Assembly: GCA_963771465.1 (NCBI GenBank)
Contig: CAVYTU010000014.1
Location: forward strand, 192,001-256,000
Source of the DNA: an uncultured delta proteobacterium
GTDB lineage: Bacteria > Desulfobacterota > Binatia > UBA9968
DNA: 64,000 nucleotides
Direction: 5' to 3'
In this document: positions 9,917-21,604 of the stretch, piece after piece
How the letters are laid out: every line of letters starts with the position of its first letter
Numbering within the stretch: the first letter of the stretch is position 1
Made by a program: the position numbers and the translations under genes
Notes under the pieces: model-generated
The model's input: only the letters and a program-made list of their open reading frames with translations
Database searches by the model: none
What the model was told of the DNA's origin: nothing

Positions 9917-12023
9917 ATGAGCATACCGAGTTTACTGCGCCGCCTCAGTCATCTTTACGGGATTCAATCCGCTTATCGTGACGGCCTCGGCCAACTTCGC
10001 CAAGCGCCCAGCGAAACGATCCTGCGCGCGCTGCAAGCGCTCGGCGCGCCGATGGAGCGGCTCGATGATATCGACAGCGCCTACCGGCAACGCCGCCAAG
10101 CGCTTTGGCAGCGTGTGATCGAGCCGGTGGTTGTAAATTGGCAGAACCAGCCATTACAATTCAAGGTTCGGGTTCCTTGCCAACTTGCCGAAGCTCCATC
10201 GTCTTATCACATCGTTTTGGAAGACGGCGCCGTGCTCGACGGCGAGCTGGGCGACGATTCCACGTTTGCGAGAGTGAGTCGCGACGTTGAGTCGACGCGC
10301 TACGTAACCCGCCGCTTGCTCGGTCAGCTACAGATACCGCTCGGTTATCATCGACTTTTCTTCCGCATCGGCGATCTTGAAGCGGAATCCTATCTTTTTT
10401 GCCCGCCGCTGCATGCCTACACGCCGGCTTACGGCCAATCCAAGCGTTGGGGTCTTTTCTGTCCGCTCTACGCACTTCATTCCGAGCGGAGCTGGGGCGC
10501 CGGCGACTTCTCTGATCTGGCACAGTTGAGCGAATTCACCGCGCAACACGGCGGCCACGCGGTGGCAACCTTGCCGATGTTAGCGAGCTTTTTGGATGAG
10601 CCGTTCAATCCCAGCCCGTATGCGCCGGTGAGCCGGCTGTTTTGGAATGAGTTTTTTCTCAACATCGAGCAAATACCCGAACTAGAAGAATGTACTGCAG
10701 GCAAAATCGATCCTCTCGGCGAACTTTGCCGCCCAACTGCAAGAACTCAGCGCCGCGCCCCTAGTTCGATACCGCGAGGTCATGGCGCTCAAGCGCCAAG
10801 TTCTCGAGGCGCTGTCACAAAACCTGCTAAGCAGTTCGTCGGAACGCAGAATCAGATTCGAGAACTACGTCGCGACCCATCCGGTCGCTCAGGATTACGC
10901 CGCGTTTCGAGCCAGGACCGAGCGCGAACGAAAAAGCTGGCTGCTATGGCCGGTGGCACCGCGCGATGGCAAGTTGCGGGTGGATGACTATGACGCGAAC
11001 ACCCAACGTTATCATCTCTACGTTCAATGGCTCTGCGACGAGCAGATTGCCGCGGTCCACCAACGATCGCACGCCAGCGGCGCGTCGCTTTATCTCGACT
11101 TCCCGCTCGGCGTCAATCGCGATGGCTACGATGTCTGGCGCCAACGCGAGCTATTTGCCTTCGATATGAGCGGCGGCGCGCCGCCCGATGGACTGTTCGT
11201 CAAAGGCCAGAACTGGGGCTTTCCGCCGCTTCATCCGGAAGCGCTTCGCAAGCAAGGCTATCGTTATTACATCGAATCGTTGCGCCACCACATGCGCTTG
11301 GCCGGTATGTTGCGCATCGATCATGTGATGGGTCTGCACCGCGCCTTCTGCGTGCCGCAGGGCTTTGGCGCCGGCGACGGCGTTTACGTGCACTACCGCG
11401 CCGCCGAGTTCTACGCAATCTTGAATCTGGAATCCCAGCGCCATCAGGTGGAGATCGTCGGTGAAAACCTCGGCACCGTTCCCGACTATGTCAATCGAGC
11501 GATGACGCGCCATCACATCCGCGGCATGCATGTCGGCCAGTTCGGTGTGAACCCAGACGCCGATCACGCCCTCGATGAAGTTCCCGCCAACGTCATCGCC
11601 AGCCTCAACACGCACGACACCGCCACGTTCATGGGATTCTGGCAAGCCGGGGACATCACCGATCGAGTGAAATTGGGCCTCATCGAAGAAGCCCAAGCAA
11701 AAAATGAATTGGACTACCGCAGCGCCCAGCGCGCCGCACTTGAATCGTTCCTGCGCGCCCGCGCGCTGCTGAACGGCGATGCATCGGCAACCGCGATCCT
11801 CGGGGGTTGGCTCGCCTATCTGGCCGGACAAGACGAAGATTTCTTGCTGATCAACCTCGAAGATCTTTGGCTCGAGCCGACGCCGCAAAATGTTCCCGGC
11901 ACCTGGCATGAGCGGCCCAATTGGCAGCGCAAAGCGCGTTTCTCCATTGAGGCGATTCGCCGAGACAACGCACTCGGTGACATTTTGACGACCATTGGCG
12001 ACATACGGCGCCGGATGGTTTAG
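9917..12023 (+). CDS. malQ: 4-alpha-glucanotransferase (GH77), with an apparent +1 frameshift at ~10700
   Basis: WGAGDF and SPYAPVSRLF in ORF 9869-10987; YLDFPLG, GQNWGFPP, LRIDH, GENLG, THD and NVPGT..PNW in ORF 10782-12023; deleting one G of gcaGGca joins them. Confidence 0.92.
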
Positions 12024-12032
12024 AATATTTCA

Positions 12033-13943
12033 ATGTCGCAGCCTCAATCCTTCAGCCTACTGACAGCCCACGACAGCTACCTGTTCAACGAAGGCAGCCA
12101 CTTCCGTCTGTACGATAAACTGGGCGCCCACGTCATCACCGACAACGGCGTGTCGGGAACTTATTTCGCCGTCTGGGCGCCGGATGCCGAGGCGGTTTCA
12201 GTGATCGGCGAGTTCAATGGTTGGAACAAAGCCAGTCATTGTTTAGCACCCAAAGCGCATACCGGTATTTGGGAAGGTTTTTTTCCCGACGTTGGCAAGG
12301 GCGCGCTGTACAAGTATCACATCGCGTCGCGCTTTCAGGCCTACCGCGTCGACAAGGCCGATCCGTTTTCTCTATTCAACGAAATCCCGCCGAAGACCGC
12401 GTCCATCGTCTGGGACTTGGATTTCGCGTGGAATGATCGCCAATGGATGGCCGCGCGCCACCAAATCAATCGCCTCGACAAGCCCATGTCGATCTACGAA
12501 ATGCATTTGGGCTCGTGGCGCAGAAATTTCGCCGACGCCGGCCGCTCGCTATCCTATCGCGAGCTGGCGCCTGAACTCGCCGACTATCTCGATCGCCTCG
12601 GCTTCACTCATGTCGAATTCATGCCGGTGATGGATCATCCCTTTTTCGGCTCGTGGGGTTATCAAATAACCGGCTACTTCGCGCCGTCAGGAAATTTTGG
12701 CACGCCGCAGGATTTCATGTACTTGATCGACGTGCTGCATCAGCGCGGCATCGGCGTCATCCTTGACTGGGTGCCGTCCCATTTCCCCAGCGACGAGCAT
12801 GGACTAGGCTTCTTCGACGGCACTCATCTATACGAGCACGCCGACCCGCGCCAAGGTTACCACCCGGAGTGGAAGAGCTTTATTTTTAATTTTGGCCGCA
12901 AGGAAGTGCAGAGTTTTCTGATCAGCAATGCGCTGTTCTGGCTCGACAAGTATCATATCGATGGATTCCGCGTCGACGCCGTGGCGTCGATGCTCTACCT
13001 TGACTACGCCCGCAAAGACGGCGACTGGATACCGAACGCGTATGGCGGCCGGGAAAGTATCGCCGCCATCGATTTTCTGCGCCGGCTGAACGGCGCCGTC
13101 TACGAACACTATCCCGACGTGCAAACCATCGCGGAAGAATCGACCGACTGGCCGATGGTGTCGCGGCCCAACCACGTCGGCGGCTTGGGCTTCGGTCTCA
13201 AGTGGGACATGGGCTGGATGCACGACACGTTGGAATATATGCGCAAGGACGCCATCCACCGGCGATATCATCAAAATAGTTTGACCTTTCGCATGATTTA
13301 CGCCTTTCATGAAAACTTCGTCTTGCCGCTGTCGCACGACGAAGTCGTTTACGGCAAAGGCTCGCTGCTCGGCAAAATGTCCGGCGATGGATGGCAGCAG
13401 TTCGCCAATCTGCGCGCGCTTTACGGCTACATGTACGCCCAGCCGGCGAAGAAACTGTTGTTCATGGGCGGCGAGTTTGCCCAGCGCAGCGAGTGGGTTC
13501 ACGATGGCAGTCTCGATTGGGATTTACTCGAATCCCCGTCCCATGCCGGCGTACAGCGTTGGCTCAGCGACTTGAACTGGTTTTACCGCGCCGAGCCGGC
13601 GCTCCACGAACTCGACTGCGAACCGGCCGGTTTTGAGTGGATCGATTGCAGCGATGCCGAGGGCAGCGTGTTGAGCTTGATCCGCAAAGGCAAATCGACG
13701 CCGACCGTGGTGCTAGCGGTCTGTAACTTCACGCCGGTGCCGCGCGCCGGTTATCGCATCGGCGCGCCACGCCGCGGCTTTTGGCGCGAAGCCCTCAACA
13801 GCGATGCCACGAGCTATGGCGGCAGCGGCGTCGGTAATCTCGGCGGCATCGAAGCCGAAGCAACGCCGCTGCACGGCCGCCCCTGTTCGTTGACCTTAAC
13901 ATTACCGCCGCTGTCAGTGGTGTTTTTTACCAACCAAGCATAG
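12033..13943 (+). CDS. glgB: 1,4-alpha-glucan branching enzyme
   Basis: [48 protein letters not shown]. Confidence 0.97.
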   Translation: MSQPQSFSLLTAHDSYLFNEGSHFRLYDKLGAHVITDNGVSGTYFAVWAPDAEAVSVIGEFNGWNKASHCLAPKAHTGIWEGFFPDVGKGALYKYHIASRFQAYRVDKADPFSLFNEIPPKTASIVWDLDFAWNDRQWMAARHQINRLDKPMSIYEMHLGSWRRNFADAGRSLSYRELAPELADYLDRLGFTHVEFMPVMDHPFFGSWGYQITGYFAPSGNFGTPQDFMYLIDVLHQRGIGVILDWVPSHFPSDEHGLGFFDGTHLYEHADPRQGYHPEWKSFIFNFGRKEVQSFLISNALFWLDKYHIDGFRVDAVASMLYLDYARKDGDWIPNAYGGRESIAAIDFLRRLNGAVYEHYPDVQTIAEESTDWPMVSRPNHVGGLGFGLKWDMGWMHDTLEYMRKDAIHRRYHQNSLTFRMIYAFHENFVLPLSHDEVVYGKGSLLGKMSGDGWQQFANLRALYGYMYAQPAKKLLFMGGEFAQRSEWVHDGSLDWDLLESPSHAGVQRWLSDLNWFYRAEPALHELDCEPAGFEWIDCSDAEGSVLSLIRKGKSTPTVVLAVCNFTPVPRAGYRIGAPRRGFWREALNSDATSYGGSGVGNLGGIEAEATPLHGRPCSLTLTLPPLSVVFFTNQA

Positions 13944-14009
13944 TGCAAAAGAACTCCTTGATCGAAGCCTTTACTTAAAATTGAAGCCAGGCAAAATTCA
14001 CAGCGCGCT

Positions 14010-15449
14010 ATGAAGATCGCCATGATTGCCTCCGAAGCCAGCCCGTTCGCCAAGACCGGCGGCTTAGCCGATGTCCTCGGCGCGCTGTCGGTCGCGCTGG
14101 AACGCTTGGGCCACGAAGTTTTGCTGATTATTCCGGCGTATCGCTCGGTGCTACAAGGCGAGTTCGCCGGTCGGGAAACGACATTGAAGTTTGCCGTGCC
14201 GGTTTCCCATCGCCAAGAGCCAGCGGCGGTTTTACAATCCACCGCCGGCAAAGCGGTCACGGTCTATTTCGTGCGAGCCGATCGCTACTTTGACCGGGAA
14301 TTTCTTTACGGCACACCGGCCGGAGATTATCCCGACAATGCCGAGCGGTTCGTCTTCTTTAGTCGTGCCGCGCTGGAAATTCTTCGGACTTTTCCCGTGG
14401 ACATCGTCCACGCCCACGATTGGCAAGCCGCCCTCACGGTCGTCTTCCTCAAGACTCAACCGGCGCGTTACCCGGAAACCGCGGCAGCGAAAACCGTCTT
14501 CACGATTCACAATCTCGCCTTCCAAGGCCGCTTCTGGCAGGGCGACTGGCATCTGTTGAATCTCGATTATGGTTTTTTCACGCCGCAGTTTTTAGAGTTC
14601 TACGCCAACATCAATTTTCTCAAAGGCGCATTGCTCTTCGCCGATCGGCTCACCACCGTAAGCCCGTCCTACGCTAAAGAGATCATGACGCCGGCGCAAA
14701 GCTTTGGCTTGGAAGGCGTCCTGCGCCAGCGCGCCGGCGATTTGGTGGGGATTTTGAACGGCGTCGATTACAGCCAGTGGAATCCCTGGACCGATCCCTT
14801 CATCTCACACCACTATGGCGAGCATAGCCTAATCAACAAGCGCGGCTGCAAAGAGTCACTGCGGGGCAATCTTGACTTGCCCGAGCAGCCCGGCATGCCG
14901 ATCATCGCGATGATTTCGCGGCTCACGGGGCAAAAGGGTTTCGACCTGGTGGAGAGCATTTTCGATCGTCTGATGGAGCGCCCTGTGCAATTTGTCTTGC
15001 TCGGCAGCGGCGAGCGTCGATTCGAAGAGTTTTTCCGCGCCGCGGCGGCACGTTACTCGGGTCGGGTCGCGGTACGCATCGGTTTTGACGAACCGCTGGC
15101 GCACCAGATTGAAGCCGGCGCCGATTTATTCTTGATGCCGTCACTCTACGAGCCGTGCGGCTTGAATCAAATGTACAGTCTCAAATACGGCACGATTCCC
15201 ATCGTTCATGGGGTTGGCGGCCTAAGGGACACCATTCAAGATTATGATTCCGCGCGCGACACCGGCACGGGTTTTGTCTTTGACGATTATGAACCCCAAG
15301 CGCTGCTCGATGCTATCGATCGAGGGTTAACCGCTTACAACGACAAAAACGCTTGGACCGGATTGCGGCGCCGTGCCATGGCGATGGATTTTTCTTGGGA
15401 GCGCTCCGCGCATGCCTACAGCAACTTGTACCAGCAACTTTTGCATTAA
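14010..15449 (+). CDS. glgA: Glycogen synthase
   Basis: KTGGLADV, HAHDWQ, TIHNLAFQG, QKG, PSLYEPCGLNQMY. Confidence 0.97.
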   Translation: MKIAMIASEASPFAKTGGLADVLGALSVALERLGHEVLLIIPAYRSVLQGEFAGRETTLKFAVPVSHRQEPAAVLQSTAGKAVTVYFVRADRYFDREFLYGTPAGDYPDNAERFVFFSRAALEILRTFPVDIVHAHDWQAALTVVFLKTQPARYPETAAAKTVFTIHNLAFQGRFWQGDWHLLNLDYGFFTPQFLEFYANINFLKGALLFADRLTTVSPSYAKEIMTPAQSFGLEGVLRQRAGDLVGILNGVDYSQWNPWTDPFISHHYGEHSLINKRGCKESLRGNLDLPEQPGMPIIAMISRLTGQKGFDLVESIFDRLMERPVQFVLLGSGERRFEEFFRAAAARYSGRVAVRIGFDEPLAHQIEAGADLFLMPSLYEPCGLNQMYSLKYGTIPIVHGVGGLRDTIQDYDSARDTGTGFVFDDYEPQALLDAIDRGLTAYNDKNAWTGLRRRAMAMDFSWERSAHAYSNLYQQLLH

Positions 15450-15473
15450 CCGGAGGAGCAAAAAAAGAGGCTC

Positions 15474-16724
15474 ATGATGTACATCCTAGGTGTCGTGATG
15501 GCCGGCGGACGCGGCGAGCGGCTTTATCCGTTGACCCAACATCGGGCCAAGCCCGCCGTGCCCTTTGCCGCTCGCTATCGTATCATCGATTTTGTCCTGT
15601 CGAATTTCATCAACTCCGGCATCTTGTCGATCTACGTCGTCACTCAGTTCAAAGCGCAGTCGCTGCTGGAGCACTTGGATCGCGGCTGGCGCACGACCGA
15701 TTTTCTCGGCGAACGTTTCGTCATTCCGGTGCCCGCGCAGATGCGCTCCGGCGACGATTGGTATCAAGGCACCGCCGATTCGATTTATCAGAATCTATAT
15801 TTACTCGAACGCCACAGTCCCAAACTCGTCGCGGTGTTCGGCGCCGACCACATCTACCGGATGAACGTGCGCCAGATGATCGACGACCACCAAAATCAAG
15901 CGGCCGACGCCACGGTGGCCGCGCTGCCGGTCAAGATCGAAGAAGCGCCGCAGTTCGGCGTGATCGAGATCGACGACAACTGGCGGATTATCGGCTTCGA
16001 CGAGAAACCCAAGGAGCCAAAATCAATTCCCGGTGAACCGAGCTTAGCGCTGGTGTCCATGGGCAACTATCTTTTCAACAATGAAGTGCTCATCGAAACG
16101 CTCAATCGCGATGCCGCCAATCCAGCGAGTAAGCATGATTTTGGCCGCGACATTCTCCCGGCAATGGTCAAAAGCGGTCGAGTCTTCGCCTACGATTTTC
16201 GCAAGAACCGCGTGCCCAGTCCATCCAAGGGCGAAGAGCCGAGCTACTGGCGCGACCTCGGCACCATCGAAGCGTACTTTGACGCCAACATGGATCTCTG
16301 CTCCATCGATCCGTCGTTTAATTTATACAATCGGAGTTGGCCGCTACGTACGGTCGGCTACGCCGATCCACCGGCCAAATTCGTCTTTGACTGGTCCGAC
16401 CGTCAAGGCATGGCAGTCAACTCGATCGTGGCCGAAGGCACGATCATCAGCGGTAGTCATGTGCACAATTGCGTCGTCGGTAGAAACGTGCGCATTCATA
16501 GCTTCAGTCGGGTCGAGAACTCTGTGATCATGGATTGGGTCGAGATCGGCCGCAATTGCCGCATCCGCAACGCGATCATCGACAAAGCCAACGTGATTCC
16601 CTCCGGCACCGAGATCGGTTACGACACGGCGAAAGACCGCGAACGCTACTTCGTCTCGCCGTCTGGCATCGTCGTGCTTGGGCGCGGCCCGCGCAAAACT
16701 ACGTGGATCATGGAGAGCCCATAG
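15474..16724 (+). CDS. glgC: Glucose-1-phosphate adenylyltransferase
   Basis: AGGRGERLYPLT..RAKPAVPF, WYQGTAD, GADHIY, SMGNY, HDFG, YWRDLGT. Confidence 0.97.
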   Translation: MMYILGVVMAGGRGERLYPLTQHRAKPAVPFAARYRIIDFVLSNFINSGILSIYVVTQFKAQSLLEHLDRGWRTTDFLGERFVIPVPAQMRSGDDWYQGTADSIYQNLYLLERHSPKLVAVFGADHIYRMNVRQMIDDHQNQAADATVAALPVKIEEAPQFGVIEIDDNWRIIGFDEKPKEPKSIPGEPSLALVSMGNYLFNNEVLIETLNRDAANPASKHDFGRDILPAMVKSGRVFAYDFRKNRVPSPSKGEEPSYWRDLGTIEAYFDANMDLCSIDPSFNLYNRSWPLRTVGYADPPAKFVFDWSDRQGMAVNSIVAEGTIISGSHVHNCVVGRNVRIHSFSRVENSVIMDWVEIGRNCRIRNAIIDKANVIPSGTEIGYDTAKDRERYFVSPSGIVVLGRGPRKTTWIMESP

Positions 16725-16779
16725 CAGCGCGGGAATAGTTCGCCGACCGCGCACCTCAAATCACCGAACCATCGTTGTC

Positions 16780-19191
16780 ATGGAACGCTACCTCTGCATA
16801 CACGGCCACTTTTACCAACCGCCGCGAGAAAATCCTTGGCTCGAAGCCATTGAGTTGCAAGACTCGGCCTATCCGTATCACGACTGGAACGAGCGCATCA
16901 CCCACGAATGCTACGCGCCCAATGCCGTGGCGCGCATCTTGGATGGCGAGAACCGAATCATCAAGCTGATCAATAACTATTCAAAGATCAGTTTTAATTT
17001 CGGCCCAACCTTATTGTCGTGGCTCGAGGCCAAAGCGCCGGTGGTTTACCAGGCGATTCTCGACGCCGACCGAGAGAGTCAAGAAAAATTTTCCGGCCAC
17101 GGCTCCGCGCTGGCGCAGGTTTACAATCACGTCATCATGCCGCTGGCCTCGCGGCGCGACCGGGTGACACAGATTCGCTGGGGCATCCGCGACTTTGAGC
17201 AGCGCTTTAAGCGCCCACCGGAGGGCATGTGGCTGGCCGAAACTGCGGTGGATTTGGAAACCCTCGAACTGCTTGCGAGCGACGGCATACGTTTCACCAT
17301 CCTGGCGCCACATCAGGCCGCGCGCTTTGGCAAGATCGGCGAAAATAATTGGACGGAAATCGACGGCGCAACCATCGATCCAAGCCGCGCCTATCGCCAA
17401 ACTCTACCGTCGGGTAAAACCATCGCGCTATTTTTTTACGACGGACCGATCGCCCGCGCCGTCGCCTTTGAAGGCTTGCTCACCCACGGCGAACAGTTCA
17501 TCGGCAAATTGCTCGGCGGCTTTGCCGCCGAGCGTACCTGGCCGCAACTCATGCACATCGCCACCGACGGCGAGAGCTACGGCCATCACCATCGCTTCGG
17601 CGACATGGCGCTCGCCTACGCCCTCGAACAGATCGAAGCCAAGCAACTCGCGCGGCTGACCAACTACGGCGAGTTTTTGGCGAAGCATCCGCCGACCCAC
17701 GAAGTCGAGATCGTCGAGAAAAGTTCCTGGAGCTGCGCCCACGGCATCGACCGCTGGTGGAGCGACTGCGGCTGCAACTCCGGCGGCCATCCAGGTTGGA
17801 ATCAAGCCTGGCGTACGCCGCTGCGGGATGCCCTGGATCGTCTGCGCGATGAAGTCGCGCCGCCCTGGGAAAAAGTCGCCGGCGCGCTCTTCAAGAATCC
17901 TTGGGCGGCGCGCGATGCTTATATCGACGTGATCCTGGATCGATCGGCGGAAAACCTCGAGAAGTTTTTTGCCCGCCAGGCGACCCACCCGCTGACCGCC
18001 AGCGAGCAAGCCACCGGGCTCAAGCTTCTCGAACTGCAACGCCAAGCGCTGCTCATGTACACCAGCTGTGGTTGGTTCTTCGACGATTTATCCGGCATCG
18101 AAACCGTGCAAGTGATTCAGTTCGCCGCCCGCGCTGTACAGCTCGCCGAAGAACTCTTCGGCGATTCTTTTGAAGAGCAATTTGTCGAACGACTGGCGCG
18201 CGCCGAGAGCAACCTCGCCGAACACGGCAATGGCCGGAATATTTATGAGACGATGGTCCGTCCGGCGCGGGTGGACTGGGAGCGCGTCGGCGCGCACTAC
18301 GCGGTGAGTTCGCTATTCGCCGGCTATCCCGCGCAAGCGAAAGTTTATTGCTATCGGGCCGAGCAAAAGGCGTTTCAAGCCTTCACGGCCGGCAAAGCCA
18401 AGCTGGCGGTCGGCCGAATCAATCTCGTCTCGGAAATTACCACGGAGTCGAACGAGCTGGTTTTTGGCGCGCTTCACATGGGCGATCATAACGTCAATGG
18501 CGGCGTGCGGCCGTTTCTCGGCGAGGAAGTCGAGGCCTATCTCGCGGGCGAGCTCGCCGAGCCTTTTTCTCGCGCCGACTTCCCGGAAGTCATTCGCCTC
18601 ATGGACCGCCGTTTCGGCGTCTCGAACTACTCTTTACGCTCGCTTTTTCGCGACGAGCAGCGTCAATTGTTAGAATGGATACTGGCCTCCGCGGTAAGCG
18701 AAACGGAAATTCTTTATCGGCAAATCTATGAACAGCGCGCGCCGCTGCTACGCTTTCTCAAGAGTATTCGCATTCCGTTGCCAAAAGAATTTCAGAACGC
18801 CGCCGAATTCATCGTCAACAAAGATCTGCGCCGCGCCCTTGAAGGAGAACAAGTCAATCAAGAGCGGGTGAGAGATCTGGTCCAAGCCGTCAAGCTGGAA
18901 GGAACGGCACTGGACATAACCACGTTGGAATTTGCCTTTCGAAAAAATCTCGAACGGCTCGCCCGACAACTCGGCGCCACTCCGGACGTGGTGGCGCTGG
19001 AAAAATTGCACGACGCCGTGAGTCTGATCCCCGACTTGCCGTTTTCGGTTAATTTATGGATGGTTCAAAACCTCTACTATCAGCTGTCCAAGACTTTCTA
19101 CCCGACACTGCGCGCCCAACGTCAATCCGACCAAGCCATGATCACGTGCATAAAGGAGTTGGGCAAAATCCTCGGCGTAAAGTGCGATTGA
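16780..19191 (+). CDS. GH57 glycoside hydrolase with DUF3536 domain
   Basis: IHGHFYQPPRENPW, GMWLAE, ATDGESYGHH, SWSCAHG, MYTSCGWFFDD; start set at MERYL. Confidence 0.9.
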   Translation: MERYLCIHGHFYQPPRENPWLEAIELQDSAYPYHDWNERITHECYAPNAVARILDGENRIIKLINNYSKISFNFGPTLLSWLEAKAPVVYQAILDADRESQEKFSGHGSALAQVYNHVIMPLASRRDRVTQIRWGIRDFEQRFKRPPEGMWLAETAVDLETLELLASDGIRFTILAPHQAARFGKIGENNWTEIDGATIDPSRAYRQTLPSGKTIALFFYDGPIARAVAFEGLLTHGEQFIGKLLGGFAAERTWPQLMHIATDGESYGHHHRFGDMALAYALEQIEAKQLARLTNYGEFLAKHPPTHEVEIVEKSSWSCAHGIDRWWSDCGCNSGGHPGWNQAWRTPLRDALDRLRDEVAPPWEKVAGALFKNPWAARDAYIDVILDRSAENLEKFFARQATHPLTASEQATGLKLLELQRQALLMYTSCGWFFDDLSGIETVQVIQFAARAVQLAEELFGDSFEEQFVERLARAESNLAEHGNGRNIYETMVRPARVDWERVGAHYAVSSLFAGYPAQAKVYCYRAEQKAFQAFTAGKAKLAVGRINLVSEITTESNELVFGALHMGDHNVNGGVRPFLGEEVEAYLAGELAEPFSRADFPEVIRLMDRRFGVSNYSLRSLFRDEQRQLLEWILASAVSETEILYRQIYEQRAPLLRFLKSIRIPLPKEFQNAAEFIVNKDLRRALEGEQVNQERVRDLVQAVKLEGTALDITTLEFAFRKNLERLARQLGATPDVVALEKLHDAVSLIPDLPFSVNLWMVQNLYYQLSKTFYPTLRAQRQSDQAMITCIKELGKILGVKCD

Positions 19192-19193
19192 GA

Positions 19194-19440
19194 ACTTACG
19201 CCCGGAATCCCAGCTGAAGTGAATATGTGCGCCGAGGGAGACGCGATCCTTCCGTAGTGAAGACAATGGACCTCTGCCTCTGAGAGGCAAGCGACGTCGC
19301 TGCCAAGCGTGCGATCCTTGGTAGCCATTGAAACGGCTTGCCAACCGAGCAAATTGACTTTGCGGCCCCAGCGTCTGGTGTCTTCACTACTGCAGGATCG
19401 CGCTCGCTACTTCACTTTCAACGACGCAATCCGGGCAAGT
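19194..19440 (+). ncRNA. Candidate structured RNA or MITE (long nested inverted repeat with internal hairpins)
   Basis: Four nested complementary blocks plus at least three internal hairpins; lies between convergent genes; family not recognised. Confidence 0.5.
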
Positions 19441-19481
19441 CAAATAGCTGCGGTGTATTCGAAAAATAGGCGATTCAAAAT

Positions 19482-21146
19482 CTACTCCGCCCAAGCGCGC
19501 GGGTGAAGCACTTTGTAATCGCTGACGACATCGATAACGACGGGGCGATTGGCGGCGAAGGCTTGTTCTAACGCGGCGCGTAGATCGCTGGCTTTCTCGA
19601 CGCGGATGCCGAGGCAGCCCATGCCTTCGGCGACTTTCGCGAAGTTGGTTTCCTTGAACATCCACATGCTGTGCGCCCGCCCTCGCTGGGTGCCGCCGTA
19701 GGCGGCGTTGAATAGGCGCTGTTCTTGCCCCAGCGAATGATTGTTATTGACCAGTACGACCGTGTTGATGCCAAAGCGCGCGGCGGTTTCTAATTCGGAG
19801 ATGTGATAGTAAAAACCGCCGTCGCCGGTGAAACAAAGCACCGGCCGGTCGGGCAGCGCGCACTTAACGCCGAGCGACGCCGGGAACGCCCAACCCAGCG
19901 AGCCGGCACAGCGAATATAGCTTTGCGTCGCATGCTTGAGCTCGACCATCGTGCCGGTCCAATACGCCGCTTGACCGGTGTCGCCGACGAGCACGGCATC
20001 GGCTGGAAGAAAATCGGAAATCTCCCGGCAAATGCGCTCGGGACGGATCGGTGTTTGATCCGAGTTCCACGCCGCCTTCACTTCTTCGCGCCACTCGCTC
20101 TTCAAGCGCTGCACGGCTTCGATCCAGTTCGAGCGCGCCACCGGCTCTTTGATGAGTTCGTTCATGCGCCCCAGCGTCGCTTGTGCGTCGCCGACCAGGC
20201 CGACGAGCGCGGGATAGCTGCGACCGATCTCTTCCGGATCGATATCGAGTTGAATGACTGGCGTGCCGGGTTTGGGAATACGCCAATTGTGCGTCACCTG
20301 GCTGCCGGTGTGGCTGCCGATGAAAAAGACCAGGTCCGCTTGCGCGACGGCACGATTGGCGCACCATCGCGAGTAGGTGCCGCACACGCCGGCGCTGAGA
20401 GGATGGTTTTCGGCAATCGCCGCTTTGCCATGGAGCGAAGTTACCACCGGCAACGACAATTTTTCAGCCAGCGTCACAACTTCGGCTTCTGCTTGGGAGC
20501 GAATTACGCCGCCGCCGGCGATAATGACCGGCCGCTCGGCTTGGAGCAATGTTTGGATTGCGGCGTTGATATCCGCTAGATCGGCTTGGGGTCGAAACGC
20601 GGGATAGCGGGAAAACTGCGTTTCGAAAATCAGATCAAGATCGCTTTCTTCTTCGAGCACGTTGCCGTGGCGCCCGCGCATGCGCACATGCACCGGACCC
20701 GGCGCGCCGGTAGTGGCAGCGCGAAAGGCCTGGCGCAATAGGTTAGGCAACAGGCGCACATGATCGACTTCGACGCTCATCTTGGTCACCGGTTCGAACA
20801 CGGAAAAATCCTCGACCTCCTGGTAAACATGGCGGTAACGTGACGCGGTATCGGCGCCGCCGGTGATTGCGATGATCGGCGAGCCGGACATGCGCCCGTC
20901 GCGCAGACCGGCGGCGAGATTCATGGAGCCGACGTTTTGCGCCAGGCAAATGCCCGGCCGGTGCGACGCACGCGCGTAGCCGTCAGCCATGTACGCGGCG
21001 GCTTTCTCGTCATGGCAGGTGACGCGCGTGATCTCGCTATCTTCCATTTCCGCCATCGCCGGGATCATGATGGTCGGGACAAAAAACAAATGGGTGACGC
21101 TGTACGCCTTCATCGCCTCGGCAAAATATTTATCGCCAGTCATCAT
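19482..21146 (-). CDS. Thiamine pyrophosphate-dependent enzyme (acetolactate synthase large subunit-like)
   Basis: HDEKAAAYMADGYARAS (catalytic Glu), PGPV, TPP motif GDGG...NN. Confidence 0.9.
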   Translation of the reverse strand: MMTGDKYFAEAMKAYSVTHLFFVPTIMIPAMAEMEDSEITRVTCHDEKAAAYMADGYARASHRPGICLAQNVGSMNLAAGLRDGRMSGSPIIAITGGADTASRYRHVYQEVEDFSVFEPVTKMSVEVDHVRLLPNLLRQAFRAATTGAPGPVHVRMRGRHGNVLEEESDLDLIFETQFSRYPAFRPQADLADINAAIQTLLQAERPVIIAGGGVIRSQAEAEVVTLAEKLSLPVVTSLHGKAAIAENHPLSAGVCGTYSRWCANRAVAQADLVFFIGSHTGSQVTHNWRIPKPGTPVIQLDIDPEEIGRSYPALVGLVGDAQATLGRMNELIKEPVARSNWIEAVQRLKSEWREEVKAAWNSDQTPIRPERICREISDFLPADAVLVGDTGQAAYWTGTMVELKHATQSYIRCAGSLGWAFPASLGVKCALPDRPVLCFTGDGGFYYHISELETAARFGINTVVLVNNNHSLGQEQRLFNAAYGGTQRGRAHSMWMFKETNFAKVAEGMGCLGIRVEKASDLRAALEQAFAANRPVVIDVVSDYKVLHPRAWAE

Positions 21147-21200
21147 CGCCGCTCTCCTGCTGCCAACTATATTCGAAATCCATCGACTGTTTCAAAATTT

Positions 21201-21475
21201 CTACTTCCTCAATCCCAACTCGCGCTGCGCCTCGAGCAGCGGCGCGATGTCGGCAACTTCTGCAAGCGCAATTGGCCGCGCCATTTCATCGACTTGCGGA
21301 GACCTTCCAGCACCACGCGCATGCCGTCTTCGGGAATACTGCCGTCGGCGCTGAACGCGCTGACAGCGGAATCGTAGCCGGCTTCGGCGAACTCCGGTTT
21401 GGATTTGGCCCAATTGACGAGCACCTGAATAGTTCCATCGCGATTCTTTAGAATATAGCCATTAGCTTTTAAACC
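21201..21475 (-). pseudogene. C-terminal remnant of a NitT/TauT-type solute-binding protein
   Basis: ANGYILKNRDGTIQVLVNW..FSADGSIPEDGMR..RPIALAEVAD..AQRELG aligns by eye to the C-terminus of 23007-23975; 5' part missing; one frameshift in an A run. Confidence 0.75.
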
Positions 21476-21604
21476 CATCAAAACCTCCGCTTCGAGTAAC
21501 TTGACAGTCACGACAGCAGAAGATAATTCAGCCAATGAACGTAACTAAGCTCTTACACTCGGACGGCGACCGAATGCAAAGTCCGGATTAGGTATTGTGA
21601 ATTG

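Noticed and set aside
19183-19257. C-D-UGA at the end of the GH57 gene as a third selenoprotein
   Set aside because: The protein already appears complete, the read-through peptide resembles nothing I recognise, and the downstream structure is not a compact SECIS
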